64,000 nt of DNA, from NCBI GenBank assembly GCA_965223425.1, contig OZ245003.1, positions 1,632,001 through 1,696,000 on the forward strand, read 5' to 3'. The notes under the pieces are model-generated. The model ran no database searches, was not told the DNA's origin, and worked only from the letters and a program-made list of their open reading frames with translations. Positions 10,082-21,533 of the stretch are shown one piece after another. This stretch comes from Nitrosopumilus sp. GTDB lineage: Archaea > Thermoproteota > Nitrososphaeria > Nitrososphaerales > Nitrosopumilaceae. Position numbers and translations under genes: made by a program. Numbering within the stretch: the stretch's first letter is position 1; the number at the start of each line of letters is the position of its first letter.

Positions 10082-13069
10082 AAGCTGTCAAATGGTTTTG
10101 TGGTGGCATTTTTACTACCTCCACTGATGGAAGGTTCCCTGCACAATCTTTCCCTCAAATCATCAATATCTAATTCAAAATTTAGAATTTCTAGTATCTC
10201 CCGATCAATCTTTTTCCTTACATCATCTTTATACATGTCCTTGATAGGCAACAACTCGCTTTTTTTATACTCATCAAATAACCCGTCAAACTTAGTTATC
10301 TGCCCATTAGTTAATTTTGAAAAGTCCAACACGAACATTTTTTCCATTGATGTTTTGGAAGATATCCCACGTCCAAACTGCTGCTTTCCACTGTTGAGCC
10401 AGAAACAAAATATTCCTAATGTGGAATTTCCCCATATAGCAAACGCCTTTTCGTGCTCTTTTGGCATGTAATAGTTTGGAAGCGAAGCGCCTGTTCCAAG
10501 CGTCTCTTTGTCACTATAGAGAACAAGAAGGCATTGGCTGGTATATCTGGCCAGTATGTTGATGTGCAAATGGGATGCCGTTTTTGATTTTTCTGTCACA
10601 TGAACATTGGCGGCGTTTGGTTTAGGTATTGCCATACAATCCGGTTTTACAATTATGCTTTTTTGATCTTTACTGTTATTGTTGGAAAGTCCGCAATAAA
10701 TTGCCGTACCATCCGGAGGGGAAATGGTAAATGGAGCCCTGTTATCATTGGGCTTGTTGTCTGCCACATCTCTTGATAATGGGCCAAACTTGCCTCCAAG
10801 TACAGTCATGGGAATCCTGCATCCCTTCACGAACAATTCATACCCAATCTGCAACAAATATGCGTCATAGACGCCTACAAACCACCAGTCAAAATTCAGA
10901 CTGCAGTCCATGATGCCTCCTATTTTTTTCTTGCCAATGAGAATTGGAATTGAACCTTTTTTGTTATTCTCCAATGCAATTGCACTGGCATTCCTAACAA
11001 TCTGTTTTGCGGTTTCTATTGCACTAAGGATTGATTTTGGCCTTTCCTTAATGGTTACAAATTTTCCCCGTTTGTCAGAGCCGAGTTTATGCAGTTCTTC
11101 TTTTAGTTTCGTTATCTTAAAATTATTTTCTGTTATTTCCTTCTGTAACTCACTTTCACTTGTTGGAATCTTTTTCCTCCTTTTGGGTTTTTTTAACCTG
11201 TTTTTACAGTCTGAAACATTCTTTTCCAGTGTACTGATTTTTTTCAACTTTTCTTCCAATATTTTGATTTTTTCAGTAGATTCTTTTCTTGCTACAACAA
11301 GCAGTTCGTTCATAGATGTATCAAATGAAAACGCACCGTCGGTTGTCGATGGCCCAGCTATGCTGACAACAGTTATGGAATCATATCTCAAACGCAACAA
11401 TTCTCTGCATTTTTCCCATGCAGCCCCATTGGAAATAGTTGACGGCAAAACCATTCCCATTGTCCCACCATGTTTCAATTTTTTGTCGGCCACTGCTATG
11501 AAATTTGTAGCATATCCTGCATTTCCGTCGGCACATGTACCATCAAACCATTTCTTCTCAAGATTTGACATTTTTTTCTGAGTTTCCTTATCCATGTCAA
11601 AAGGCGCAAACATCGCGCGGCCTTCCTTTCCACCTTCCCTAGTGTTACTAGTAAATGGCGGATTCATTATTACATAATCAACCGATTCATCCCTTACCCC
11701 GTGGTCTGCATACACTTCTTCTCTGTTGCCTATGATGAATGTTCCCTTGGTTTCAAGAGTGGCTTCGGGGAGAATCAGATCCATGGAGCCAAGATGATAA
11801 AATCCATCCTTTTTACCAAACATGGCAGTTCCAATATTTGTTGATTTTATTGTTTTTTTGGGAAATATGCCAGCTAGTGATGATACTGTCAAATGAACAG
11901 CACTTGGAAGGACATCAAACCCAATTATGGATTTGGCAAGCATTTCGTCGTGGATTTTTCGCATCTCCCCCCCCCCCCGCCGCCGCGGCTTCATAATACA
12001 TGATCAGGTGTTTGTAGAAGACAGTGAGCAGCGTTCCTGTCCCGCATGCAAAATCGGCCACACGTATATCCCTCATAGTTTCTTCTGATTCAAATAATTT
12101 CGAACTTGGCTGTGGAACAACCAAACCGGCCAGCAGGTGTGCAGATTCCGGAAGCGTGTAAAATGAGGCCAGTGTCTTTCTGTCCGTGATCATCCTCTGT
12201 ATGAGGGAACCGTACATGTCAGTTGATCTAACAAGACCCATCGAGGTTATTTGATTTGAAGTGTTTACCAATTTTGCGACTATTTCCTGAGCAGTAGTAT
12301 CGTCAAGATAGTTCAGGACGGTCTTTGCTATGTCGAATATAGGAAAATAGTTGATCTCCAATATTTTGTCCCACACCCTGCTCAATTCGGCCAGATTTAT
12401 CCATCCCGCAGAAGTGATTTCCCGTATAGTTTCTATCCCATGTTCTCCAGCTATGTTGTTATGAAATACAAAGGCGTTGGACAGGATCAGGCCGGCCATC
12501 TTCCATGTCTGCTCATTTTCCTTCTGAAACAACAGCTTTGCAATATTTTTCTTGGTTGTACTTCCAGATTGTTCTATCACGTCTGAGATAAATTCTATCG
12601 AATCACTCATGTCTCTGACACATTTTTGAACGACGGATTCCCGTACAGATGTTATCTGAGCCGCTATTGCAATATCATGTAGATTTCCAGTCAACCAGTC
12701 CGATTCAGGAAATCTATTCGGGTTATAGACTGCATATTTTAGACTGTTTGTTGTTTTGAGTTCTTTTATAATGTCCTTTTTAATCCTGAAATCTTTTGGT
12801 ATTTGTACTGCTATGACTGTTGACACTTTTTGACCGTTCTTGTATTCTTGTTGAAGTTTGTCTTCTGCATCCCTGTCTGGGTTTGCAGGCTCAATCTCAT
12901 TTTCTATTATTACGTTTGTCAGGCCGGTTTCAGTAATCAGGATGTCCGGTCTCTTGTTATTGTTTTTGAATACTTTGAGAGGTTGTGGTTCAGATTTCCA
13001 ATTTCTTCTCATCTTATCCAAAAGCTCGGACATTGTATGGGTTATGGTATCTTCATAGTGAACTGCCAT
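10051..13069 (-). pseudogene. Type IIG restriction-modification fusion (nuclease + N6-adenine MTase), frameshifted at a homopolymer
   Basis: ORF 11915-13069 has RPDILI..IIENE and DFACGTGTLL; ORF 10051-11994 has IIGFDV and VIMNPPF; frames join at the G12 run. Confidence 0.82.
11967..11978 (-). repeat. G12 homopolymer (C12 on + strand) at the frameshift
   Basis: gcatctCCCCCCCCCCCCgccgccgc; G11 or G14 restores one ORF. Confidence 0.9.
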
Positions 13070-13268
13070 GTCTCATCTTATCAGACTGCAAGAATATCAA
13101 GATTGTCTTGGACGTGATGCGCAGGAATGGCGGGAGAACCATTCAGGATCTAATATCAACAATACTTGTTGGAACAAAAAACGAGTTATCAAAAATGGGA
13201 AAAATAATCTTACAGATCATACGATACGCAAGAGATCAAAAGAAACAAGCATGATTCTATTTTTCCAA

Positions 13269-14435
13269 TTACAAGGATGTACTCATGTGCCTGAGCATTG
13301 ATTTTGCCACCACAACTGCCAGATTTACCGGAACGGCATCGGAGACCTGCTGCTGCATTGAAGACAATGTTCCATAAAATTCAAACGTGTCGGGAAATGT
13401 CTGCAATCTTGCAGCCTCACGTACGGACAGCAACCTGTCCTGAACCGGATGGATCAGCATCGACTTTCTAAAGTTGGCTATTGTTACTGACGGTTGTCCG
13501 GCAACAAGTCTTCTGTATATGCCACTGTGTGTATTTCCAATGTTTTGATACTGTCCATGCAGTGTCATAATGCGCACCGGGATGTCCTGCCAATTACCTC
13601 CGGGCGGAACGTTTTGGATTTTCTCGAGTGCGTTTTTGCCATTTATCGTGACTATGTGGTTTTTCACATTTTTTGATCCGTTGCGAAGTTTCTTTTGGGT
13701 ATTGTTCCTGGATGCAGATCTGTATTTGTCGGATCCGGAAGCCTTTTTTCCGGGTCTGATGGAGGGAAGATCAGAGAGCACGTCCCATACGGTTATGTGG
13801 TTTTTGGAATCATGATTGTTCTTGGCTGTACGGACAGTTGACTTGTGTGTCTTTTTTGGACGCATAATCTTCATTTGACTCTTACTGCCTACTACAAATA
13901 CGCGTCTTCTTGTTTGTGGCACGCCATAATCTACGGCATTGAGAACCCAGTACTCTGTGTTTTCATATCCCTGTGACTTGAATTTTTGTATGATTCCTGA
14001 TATTGTTTTACCGTCTTGCATTGACAATATTCCTGGAACATTCTCTAGCACAAATGCAAATGGCTTGACGCGTTTTATCATCTCAAGGAAATCCCGTTCA
14101 AGTTGGTTCAGAGGATTTGATGACGCTCTTGTCTTTCTGTTGGCACATGAAAATCCCTGGCACGGCAGTCCTCCAATTACAATGTCAGCCTTTGTAGTTC
14201 CAGTGGCCTTTTTAAGATTATTCTGTATCTTTTTTTTCACACTTTCAGAAGTAATGCTTCCAAGAACGAATTCTGTATCAGGATGATTGCTGGTGTATGT
14301 CTTGGCGACGTTTTTGTCTGCGTCATTTGCCACTGCAATGAAAAACTTTGAATTCCCGTGCCTGGCATCCATGAATCCTTGTGACATGCCTCCGGGACCC
14401 GAGCATAGTTCAACCCCGTTGAATATTTTGGACAT
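13269..14435 (-). CDS. C5 cytosine DNA methyltransferase
   Basis: ELCSGPGG, GGLPCQGFS, LENVPG, YGVPQTRRR, RLLSVREAARLQTFPD. Confidence 0.93.
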   Translation of the reverse strand: MSKIFNGVELCSGPGGMSQGFMDARHGNSKFFIAVANDADKNVAKTYTSNHPDTEFVLGSITSESVKKKIQNNLKKATGTTKADIVIGGLPCQGFSCANRKTRASSNPLNQLERDFLEMIKRVKPFAFVLENVPGILSMQDGKTISGIIQKFKSQGYENTEYWVLNAVDYGVPQTRRRVFVVGSKSQMKIMRPKKTHKSTVRTAKNNHDSKNHITVWDVLSDLPSIRPGKKASGSDKYRSASRNNTQKKLRNGSKNVKNHIVTINGKNALEKIQNVPPGGNWQDIPVRIMTLHGQYQNIGNTHSGIYRRLVAGQPSVTIANFRKSMLIHPVQDRLLSVREAARLQTFPDTFEFYGTLSSMQQQVSDAVPVNLAVVVAKSMLRHMSTSL

Positions 14436-14593
14436 ATGTCAACCTTTGCATGGTTCTAATAAAAATCTGCTGCAAACTTGGCCGACTCGATACAAACATG
14501 CCAAACACCGGTCACAACCTGGCGTCCATACGCCATTTTCCCAAGTTGACTGGGCAAAAAACCGCCTTTAATACAACGCCAAAGGATAATACC

Positions 14594-15220
14594 ATGAGGA
14601 TTTATTCCGTACCGTCCAGGAATCTGGCATACGTCAAGTTCCTGGATCTGAAGATGGTCAAGATCTCGCCCCGCCAGCTCATGTATATGGTAATGGGGGT
14701 GCTGATGCTCTATGACGCATCCCAGGGAAATGCCGTCGCGCTGTTTGTGCCGCTGGGGATTGCAGTCATTGCGCTTGCCTTTGTGCCGTTCCGGTTTCTG
14801 CCGCCGGAATACCAGATGTACCATTTCCTGCTGTTCCGCCTGAAAAAACATGACGGGCAGAAATCACGAAAAACGGTGGTTCCAGAAATGGCAGGAGCGG
14901 GCAAAACCATAGCGGAGGAGGAGGCAGACGATGAGGCCAAACCGCAGCAGGAAAAACTGCACATAGATGACCTGGAGAGGCCGTACACCCTGTCGCTGAA
15001 GACAAGCGAGAAGAGACAGTTTATTCCAGTAACGGTGCTAATTGACGGCAGGAAAATCGCCAACACCGTCACTGACAGGAGGGGGAACGTGTCATGCACA
15101 ATTATGATTGACGACTATTCCACAAAGAGGATACGGGTGGTGCGGTCTGACCTGCGGAATTCCGACAGTGGCGGGGACAACGTGCTGTATGACAGGAGTG
15201 TCGTGTTTGCAAAGGGATAG
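14594..15220 (+). CDS. PrgI/VirB3-like membrane protein
   Basis: Two TM helices after KISPRQLMY; upstream of the VirB6-like gene; TTTAATA 27 nt before ATG 14594. Confidence 0.45.
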   Translation: MRIYSVPSRNLAYVKFLDLKMVKISPRQLMYMVMGVLMLYDASQGNAVALFVPLGIAVIALAFVPFRFLPPEYQMYHFLLFRLKKHDGQKSRKTVVPEMAGAGKTIAEEEADDEAKPQQEKLHIDDLERPYTLSLKTSEKRQFIPVTVLIDGRKIANTVTDRRGNVSCTIMIDDYSTKRIRVVRSDLRNSDSGGDNVLYDRSVVFAKG

Positions 15221-15371
15221 GACTGGTACAAGGCCGTACGGCATTCTTGACAGATGCCTCCTGTTTTTTATTTCCATGACAACGAGGCTGCAATTGTCAC
15301 TGCAGTGTCCTGCCCTGAAGAGTGTCACATATCATCTTGACAGGTTATGGCATCTCTCCCCGGTGTACCGT

Positions 15372-17213
15372 ATGCGCAAAGTGTTGGGCAGAAGGGTCCT
15401 CGCAGTTATTCCGGGTGCTGACGCCGCAATAATGATTGTATCGATGCTCGTGGCAATTGCGGCCTTTATGACCGCGATGGGATACATGACGGGAAACGTC
15501 GAGGGGGTTTTCGTGAAATTAATCACCGATATGCCGGGATTTGACTTTCAGATTGTGGACGGTGAGGAGCACGGCAACCCGTCGTTCCTGGTGTATTCGC
15601 TTCTGAGGGACATTGCATACGTCTGGTTTGTAATGGTGTTTTTACTGGTTGGAATTCTGATTATGTTCAAGCAGGCAAACCTGGTTACAAACGAGACGAT
15701 AAAGAAGATGTTTCTCGGGGCGGCGGGGGGGATCATACTGCTTTTGGTGTTCCCGTACATTTGGGACCCGATATCCGAGGGCGTTGAGATGTTCTCGCTG
15801 TCCCTGCTGAATCCGATGTACTCGTTTGACGATTCTGCCCCGTGCATCGCTACAAATGGCACGCGCGGCCTGATGTTTATGGAACAGAACCAGAAGATTG
15901 GCAGATTCTCGCTTCCACTGGGGCTTGAACCGTCAGTAGGAGATCTGTGTAAGCCGGACCTGCGCGTATCCTATCTGTTTGCAAAGGCCAGATACGGCGC
16001 CGAACTGGGATTTGATTGGGATGACGGCCTGTTGGCGATCCCCAACATTTTATCACAGTTAAGAGAGTCCATATATTCGTCAATATTCACCGGACTGTCA
16101 AAGACAGTCATGATATTTTTCATGGCGACGATGACAGCCGTTATCGGCAACATGAGGTTTCTGCTTGTTGATGTCATTGCAATTTCACTGCCGCTGCTGC
16201 TGGTGTTTCGCTCCCTGCCGTTTTTCTACATTGACAAGATTTCAAACACCCTGCTGTCCGCGTGGGTGCCGCTGGTTCTTGTTCCGATATTCTCCTCGCT
16301 CATAATTTTGGCAGGCACGACAAACCTCCTTCAGGCAGAAGAGAAGGTGGAGACAGGCGTTGACAGGTATGATTTCTGGCTGCACGCAATGTCGACCATG
16401 GCACTGGCAGTGATGATACCGGTAATGCTGGCACCGGTGCTGGGCTCGGTATCCAGCATGATAGGGATGATGGTCATGACCGGAACAATGTCCGGGGTTA
16501 TGGGTACGATGGGCGCAGCACAGGGGGCGTCAGCGGGCGTAATGAGGGGGATGGCAGGACGGTTCTCTGCAGGCAAAAACATGATGATCCCCAGCGGCGG
16601 GACGGGCGCGTTCCCCAGATTCGCCTCCGGGACAGGCGGGATAATAGGCGGACTCAAGAGCGTCTTTGGGAAAAGCGGGATCAAGGCAATGGCAGGCGGT
16701 GCAGGCAAGGGGCTTGCAGACGGCGGGGCCGGGATGTTTGCAACTGACATGGCATTTGCAGCAAGGGCGGCCCCCGGGGGCGGCACCGGCGGTGTCGACA
16801 TGTACGGACATCCGCGGGGGATAGGGCTGGTCGACGGGGGGATACGTCCGGGACTGACGCCGCCTGCCCCCGCAGCGGCCGCTGTCATGCAGCCGGCCAG
16901 CATTCTTGTCCCTCCGCCAAACGTTATTGGGCATACGGGCGCGGTGCCACTCGGCGGGCCGCAGGGAACCTCGCCACTGTTCCATTCAGACGGCACGACG
17001 GGAACGATGTCTACAATGACGGCACAGCAGCCCGCACCGATGGGAACATCGCACGTTACTTCGGGTGGCGGAAGCGGCGCGCCCGGAATTGGGCCCGGGA
17101 GAGCGATGCCGATGGATGGGAGCTTTGAAGCTCCGACAGAACCTGTCAGGAGTGTTCCTAAGGTTGGGGGTTCAGATAAAAAGATTTATCATGGAGAAGA
17201 TGGTTCAAGATGA
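15372..17213 (+). CDS. VirB6/TrbL-like polytopic conjugation membrane protein
   Basis: Many TM segments followed by a long Gly/Ala/Pro-rich tail; conjugation context. Confidence 0.6.
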   Translation: MRKVLGRRVLAVIPGADAAIMIVSMLVAIAAFMTAMGYMTGNVEGVFVKLITDMPGFDFQIVDGEEHGNPSFLVYSLLRDIAYVWFVMVFLLVGILIMFKQANLVTNETIKKMFLGAAGGIILLLVFPYIWDPISEGVEMFSLSLLNPMYSFDDSAPCIATNGTRGLMFMEQNQKIGRFSLPLGLEPSVGDLCKPDLRVSYLFAKARYGAELGFDWDDGLLAIPNILSQLRESIYSSIFTGLSKTVMIFFMATMTAVIGNMRFLLVDVIAISLPLLLVFRSLPFFYIDKISNTLLSAWVPLVLVPIFSSLIILAGTTNLLQAEEKVETGVDRYDFWLHAMSTMALAVMIPVMLAPVLGSVSSMIGMMVMTGTMSGVMGTMGAAQGASAGVMRGMAGRFSAGKNMMIPSGGTGAFPRFASGTGGIIGGLKSVFGKSGIKAMAGGAGKGLADGGAGMFATDMAFAARAAPGGGTGGVDMYGHPRGIGLVDGGIRPGLTPPAPAAAAVMQPASILVPPPNVIGHTGAVPLGGPQGTSPLFHSDGTTGTMSTMTAQQPAPMGTSHVTSGGGSGAPGIGPGRAMPMDGSFEAPTEPVRSVPKVGGSDKKIYHGEDGSR

Positions 17214-17256
17214 TTCATCTGTAATTATGTAGGAATAAAAAATAGTTGGCAGATTG

Positions 17257-17490
17257 CTATCTTGCCAACTCTGACCTGTACTTTTTTATTTCCTGTTCGA
17301 TTTTTTCTATTTCCTTTTTATGGTTTGACTTTTTTTCTTTGAGATACTCCAATTCCAGGGATACTGCCTTTTGGTATGATTCTGGATTATTGACATTGCC
17401 ACAACCAACATCTGTTCTTTCACTATTTTTGAACCATCTCTGGTAATAGTAATCATGACCTTTTACTGTTCTAATAACGATTGCCACCAC
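17257..17490 (-). CDS. Small putative DNA-binding protein (beta-hairpin + coiled coil)
   Basis: RTVKGHDYYY..CG..ESYQKAVSLELEYLK; paralogues at 54997 and 24835-26310. Confidence 0.6.
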   Translation of the reverse strand: MVAIVIRTVKGHDYYYQRWFKNSERTDVGCGNVNNPESYQKAVSLELEYLKEKKSNHKKEIEKIEQEIKKYRSELAR

Positions 17491-17498
17491 ACATCACC

Positions 17499-19514
17499 TC
17501 AAGAATTGTCTGGTGGGTGATAGAGACCTTCTTCGGTCTCTTCGGCCTCTAGTATGACGCCAGACAGTGTTGCAAATATACCACGTCTCACCCTTTCTGC
17601 CAAAGGTATCTTTTTGAGACCGAATTTTTTGCAGTACAAATCATATACCTTTGGAGAGATATTATCTGTAGTGCCAGAGGATTTTGTGACATATCTAAAT
17701 TCCTTTACCTCATAAGATATGTCTCCAAACTTTTCCACAAATTCCTCTGTCAAATCCTCCTCCTTAAGGATTGGAAGAATGTATGATTTTATTTCCTTTT
17801 CAACATACAATAAATCAAGGCCCGTCTTTCTGCTAGTTTTGATTCTATTACCCCAATCCCTCTCGTATATCTTCACCATGACTGATGGAAATCCACATGC
17901 CATTTGTACGACATCCTCTCCAAAGCCCCATGCGCGTCTGCCACATGTTCCCTGTGAGTGGTCAGGATCAGATATTGCTATTTGACGTAGCAATTCGTTC
18001 AAGTTATCATCCTGCACGTACCATATCTTTGCGTTTTTGTCATGCCAGCAGTTGTTGTAAATGTCCTCTTCAGGAATTCCTTCTGGCTTTACAAACATGT
18101 CAAGTGTTGACGTGTTTCTGTCACGCTTCTTGATGTGTGCTTGTATATCATCAAATGACGCATTTGTTTCTCGCAGTGGATTCTTTCCCCTGAAATTATT
18201 CAGCTTTTCAATCAGGTACTCCACCCATGCACTGCCGTACTCGTCTTCAAACTCTGGAAGCGGGTTGCTCTTTTTCCATTCCTCGTATAGTATGTTGACT
18301 TGCCTGTCATATGCCCTCATGGACTGTGCAACTGTCATGTTGTAAGCATCAGTGGGGTCTTTGAACTCTGGATTTGCCTCTATCAGCTTTGTTATTGTTT
18401 CAACTGTCCTTTTGTACTCGTCTGACTTTTGCAGCTTTTTTAGATCGTCGGCCGAACCGCACTCCTTTTCCAGCCTGTCAAGCTCGTCCTTGTGAATTTT
18501 TATCTCGGCCATGTGCTTGTTTTTTCGTGTCGCAAAGTCATATGCCGTCTTTCTCTGCTCCAGCTCCTCTGGTGGAATCTCCGATATCAGATCAATCGGA
18601 AATCCCAACAGCTTGCAGGCCCGTATCACTAAAATGTCGCCATCAAAGAATATTGGAGCTCCAAACCCAAACGTGGTGGTCGCGTGCAGTCTCAGGTATT
18701 CCTGATATTCGGGATTTTCAGCCTTTGCCAAAGCATACACATCATCAGGTGTCATTTGCGAGTATTTCTGCTCGTACTGCATAAAGCTGTAGCCTGTATC
18801 ACGCCTATAGTCTGCAAGTGCGCCCTGCATCATTGACATTATGGCGTCCCTGTCCAGCTTGTCGTTTTTTATCTCAAACTCAAACTTGAAATCGGTGTTC
18901 TTGCCCGCCTCGTTCCATATGATTCGTATCTTGTTTCTTTTAATCGAGGTGATCAGCTTGAAGCAGTAGAACGGAACATCATATATGATTCCCTCCTCCT
19001 CTGTCTCCAATGCTATTCCAAGATTTGTCAGGTAGAACAGGCCCGTTCCCTTGTTTGTCTTTATTTTTTGAAATACACTGATGACATGCTCGTGCGGCTG
19101 CAGGATAAGCATCCCGTGCCTGTTCTCTGAGAACGTTGAGAGTTTCTCATGTTCGCGAATTATTCTGTGGCATATCTGGTTTGCAGAAAACTCCGAGCCG
19201 TCAAGATCAAAGTCCTTGTATTCCCTTTTCACGCTGCCGTCATCCTTTGCAACATAAAGCTGTATTCTTATCTTGTCCTTTTTTATCGGTGTGATGGAGC
19301 GGACATTCTGTACTGGTGCGGCAAATTTGACGTGGTCAGAGTCGTACTCTACAACCCTGAGATTTGTCACTGCCAATGTCCTGTTCTTCCTTACCCGAAA
19401 CTCGAGTATCGGTCTTTCATTTTCTAGCATTGCTAACATTTTATCAACCTCCTCTGGTGATTTGTGGAATCCGTTCCACTGCCTTCCGTGTCGTATGATG
19501 TTTTCATCATGCAA
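17499..19514 (-). CDS. Hypothetical protein with two N-terminal PH-like domains
   Basis: TLAVTNLRVV and GLFYLTNLGI are PH/GRAM-like strands; 671 aa ORF. Confidence 0.5.
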   Translation of the reverse strand: MHDENIIRHGRQWNGFHKSPEEVDKMLAMLENERPILEFRVRKNRTLAVTNLRVVEYDSDHVKFAAPVQNVRSITPIKKDKIRIQLYVAKDDGSVKREYKDFDLDGSEFSANQICHRIIREHEKLSTFSENRHGMLILQPHEHVISVFQKIKTNKGTGLFYLTNLGIALETEEEGIIYDVPFYCFKLITSIKRNKIRIIWNEAGKNTDFKFEFEIKNDKLDRDAIMSMMQGALADYRRDTGYSFMQYEQKYSQMTPDDVYALAKAENPEYQEYLRLHATTTFGFGAPIFFDGDILVIRACKLLGFPIDLISEIPPEELEQRKTAYDFATRKNKHMAEIKIHKDELDRLEKECGSADDLKKLQKSDEYKRTVETITKLIEANPEFKDPTDAYNMTVAQSMRAYDRQVNILYEEWKKSNPLPEFEDEYGSAWVEYLIEKLNNFRGKNPLRETNASFDDIQAHIKKRDRNTSTLDMFVKPEGIPEEDIYNNCWHDKNAKIWYVQDDNLNELLRQIAISDPDHSQGTCGRRAWGFGEDVVQMACGFPSVMVKIYERDWGNRIKTSRKTGLDLLYVEKEIKSYILPILKEEDLTEEFVEKFGDISYEVKEFRYVTKSSGTTDNISPKVYDLYCKKFGLKKIPLAERVRRGIFATLSGVILEAEETEEGLYHPPDNS

Positions 19515-19580
19515 TATGTTACGTTAGCATGGTATATAAGAGTTAAACCATTATAAGGGCAATTCACGCACACCATACAC

Positions 19581-19609
19581 TAGAGTCACTGCGGGTTCTA
19601 TTGAGGCGT
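19581..19609 (+). repeat. 29-bp direct repeat, copy 1
   Basis: TAGAGTCACTGCGGGTTCTATTGAGGCGT, identical to 20926-20954. Confidence 0.9.
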
Positions 19610-19745
19610 CATTATCAAGATATGTATCGGCGATGGCAGCAAAGCGGAAGAATATGATCCACGAGATCATGCTAAAGGTTGCCACGTACAACATGGTGAC
19701 AGCAAGGAGAGTGTGGAACGAATGTAGTGCGCTATTGGGCTGCAA
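19610..19745 (+). pseudogene. C-terminal remnant of an IS5-like transposase
   Basis: Translates as ..KRKNMIHEIMLKVATYNMV.. Confidence 0.45.
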
Positions 19746-20045
19746 GGAAGATGTCATCGGGACTGGGGTGGGAGGCTATGAAGCAAACTACAAATGAAGA
19801 CATGTTCCAATCATGTTAACACTAGTCATTTGCATACATGCCACATTTGGAACACTGTGGGTATTTCATCCTGGTGGCCATTACATAGTTGCATCCCTTA
19901 CATTTAACAAGTCTTTTCTCACCTGTCTTCTCCCTGTATTTTTCAGGCAGTCCGGGATTCATAAAATCGTCAAACATGTACCATATTTTAATGTATAAAA
20001 AATTATCTTATACATTAATATAGAAGATAAGTAATTATCTTATAC

Positions 20046-20747
20046 ATGCAACAAGTAAAAACTTTGAGCATACCAGATCTAAGAAACATCACGCTAGAGA
20101 CTCTAATAAAGTCGGTGAAAGATGCTTTTCTGAACAGACCAGATAAGAAAAAATCCGCGTCCCATTCACCGGGTACGGGCCAAGAGTTGTACGACCCTAA
20201 GAAGCATCATGGTCCCTGCCCTGTTTCAATAAAACTACAAGATTTGATGAAAAAACAAAAACCGAAAAAACCGCTGTACCTGCTGGACGTGCACATTCCG
20301 ATATCGTACAGGGAGAGAAGATCCGGGCTGTTCCTGCATCATAACGACATTGCGTGGAAGGGATGCAAGGACAGCGTGCTGCTGAAAATCGCGATAAAGG
20401 AGCAGCTGACAATAATTACAAATGACAAGGGACTTGTCATACGGGCCTGCAAAAAGGGCGTGAACGTCATCCATCAGGATCAGAAAAAGAACAGGTATCA
20501 CATCTACGGTTCAATGACCAGACCGCTGGGAAAACGCCTGACACCGGACAAAACCGGCAAAATGGCCGGCAACAGCTCGCAAAGCATGGTAAAAAAACCG
20601 CTGTCGGTTTTGCCAAATTGTTTAGGAGTGAAGTCAAAAGGGCATTTGTTTAGTGCCCTTGTGAAGGGGATGAAAATGATGGGAGGCGCATTTTTGCACC
20701 CTCCCGTCATGGTCGTCTATCTTTACAGGTACAAAAAATGCCAATGA
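20046..20747 (+). CDS. PIN-like (DUF5615/Mut7-C type) domain protein, possibly degenerate
   Basis: YLLDVHI..DSVLLKIAIKEQLTIITNDKGL. Confidence 0.55.
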   Translation: MQQVKTLSIPDLRNITLETLIKSVKDAFLNRPDKKKSASHSPGTGQELYDPKKHHGPCPVSIKLQDLMKKQKPKKPLYLLDVHIPISYRERRSGLFLHHNDIAWKGCKDSVLLKIAIKEQLTIITNDKGLVIRACKKGVNVIHQDQKKNRYHIYGSMTRPLGKRLTPDKTGKMAGNSSQSMVKKPLSVLPNCLGVKSKGHLFSALVKGMKMMGGAFLHPPVMVVYLYRYKKCQ

Positions 20748-20925
20748 TATGGCAAGTTAAAATGAGAAAAGCCCGTTAGAGTTGTGGTTCTTCAAATGTT
20801 ATTTACATCACTCAATACCGCAGGGTGTCACTTGCTCTAACGAAAAAAATCAAAGGTTGAAAGTGAAATAAAAAGATACGAGTCGGAACTAAGGTAGGTC
20901 TGACACAATACCTTTCTTAGGGGTG

Positions 20926-20954
20926 TAGAGTCACTGCGGGTTCTATTGAGGCGT
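20926..20954 (+). repeat. 29-bp direct repeat, copy 2
   Basis: Identical to 19581-19609. Confidence 0.9.
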
Positions 20955-21190
20955 GATTGGTGTGTCAAAATGAACTGCCAGAAGCTGCGGATTCGTGGCA
21001 TGGTATCACTGCGCTTTGGATAGATTTTATTCTGATGCGTAGGCATATTTGATACACTTTGAAAATTAGGAACTGGTAAGTTAACGAGACATCACTACAA
21101 ATTTTCTTTCTGGTAAGTGTCGAGGCTTTTTGATATATTGGTTCTGTTAGCGTCGTGAGATGTGCGTTCTGGATAATATGCCTTTGACGT

Positions 21191-21466
21191 CTAGTCATAC
21201 GGCCTTGTGTCAGGTGCATCTAAAACATACTCTCTTTTCTCATTCTTGGTGACTGTTATCCTGTCACCCTCCAGAAACCTGTATTTGTTATACAGCTTGC
21301 CAGTCATTATGTCGTCTTTGTGGTTTACCTTCATCTGATACTGTACATTATGAAAACTTAGGACAAATATCTCTCCAGATTTTGGAAAAAAATCTCTTTC
21401 AGCCTTATAGATATGCCAGTATCTATGCCTTGCCTCAGATCTGCTAAGCGTCTTGTTATATTCCAT
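21191..21466 (-). CDS. Small B3/EcoRII-N-like DNA-binding protein
   Basis: KTLSRSE..RDFFP..FLEGDRITVTK pattern of B3-type pseudobarrels; TATA 29 nt upstream. Confidence 0.45.
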   Translation of the reverse strand: MEYNKTLSRSEARHRYWHIYKAERDFFPKSGEIFVLSFHNVQYQMKVNHKDDIMTGKLYNKYRFLEGDRITVTKNEKREYVLDAPDTRPYD

Positions 21467-21533
21467 TGTTGTGAATGCTTATGACTGTTCAATAAATGAT
21501 CTGGTTTATAGACCCATCTGTCAAAGAAAATTT

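Noticed and set aside
20600-20790. Possible further TnpB 3' remnant
   Set aside because: Resemblance is too weak to support by eye
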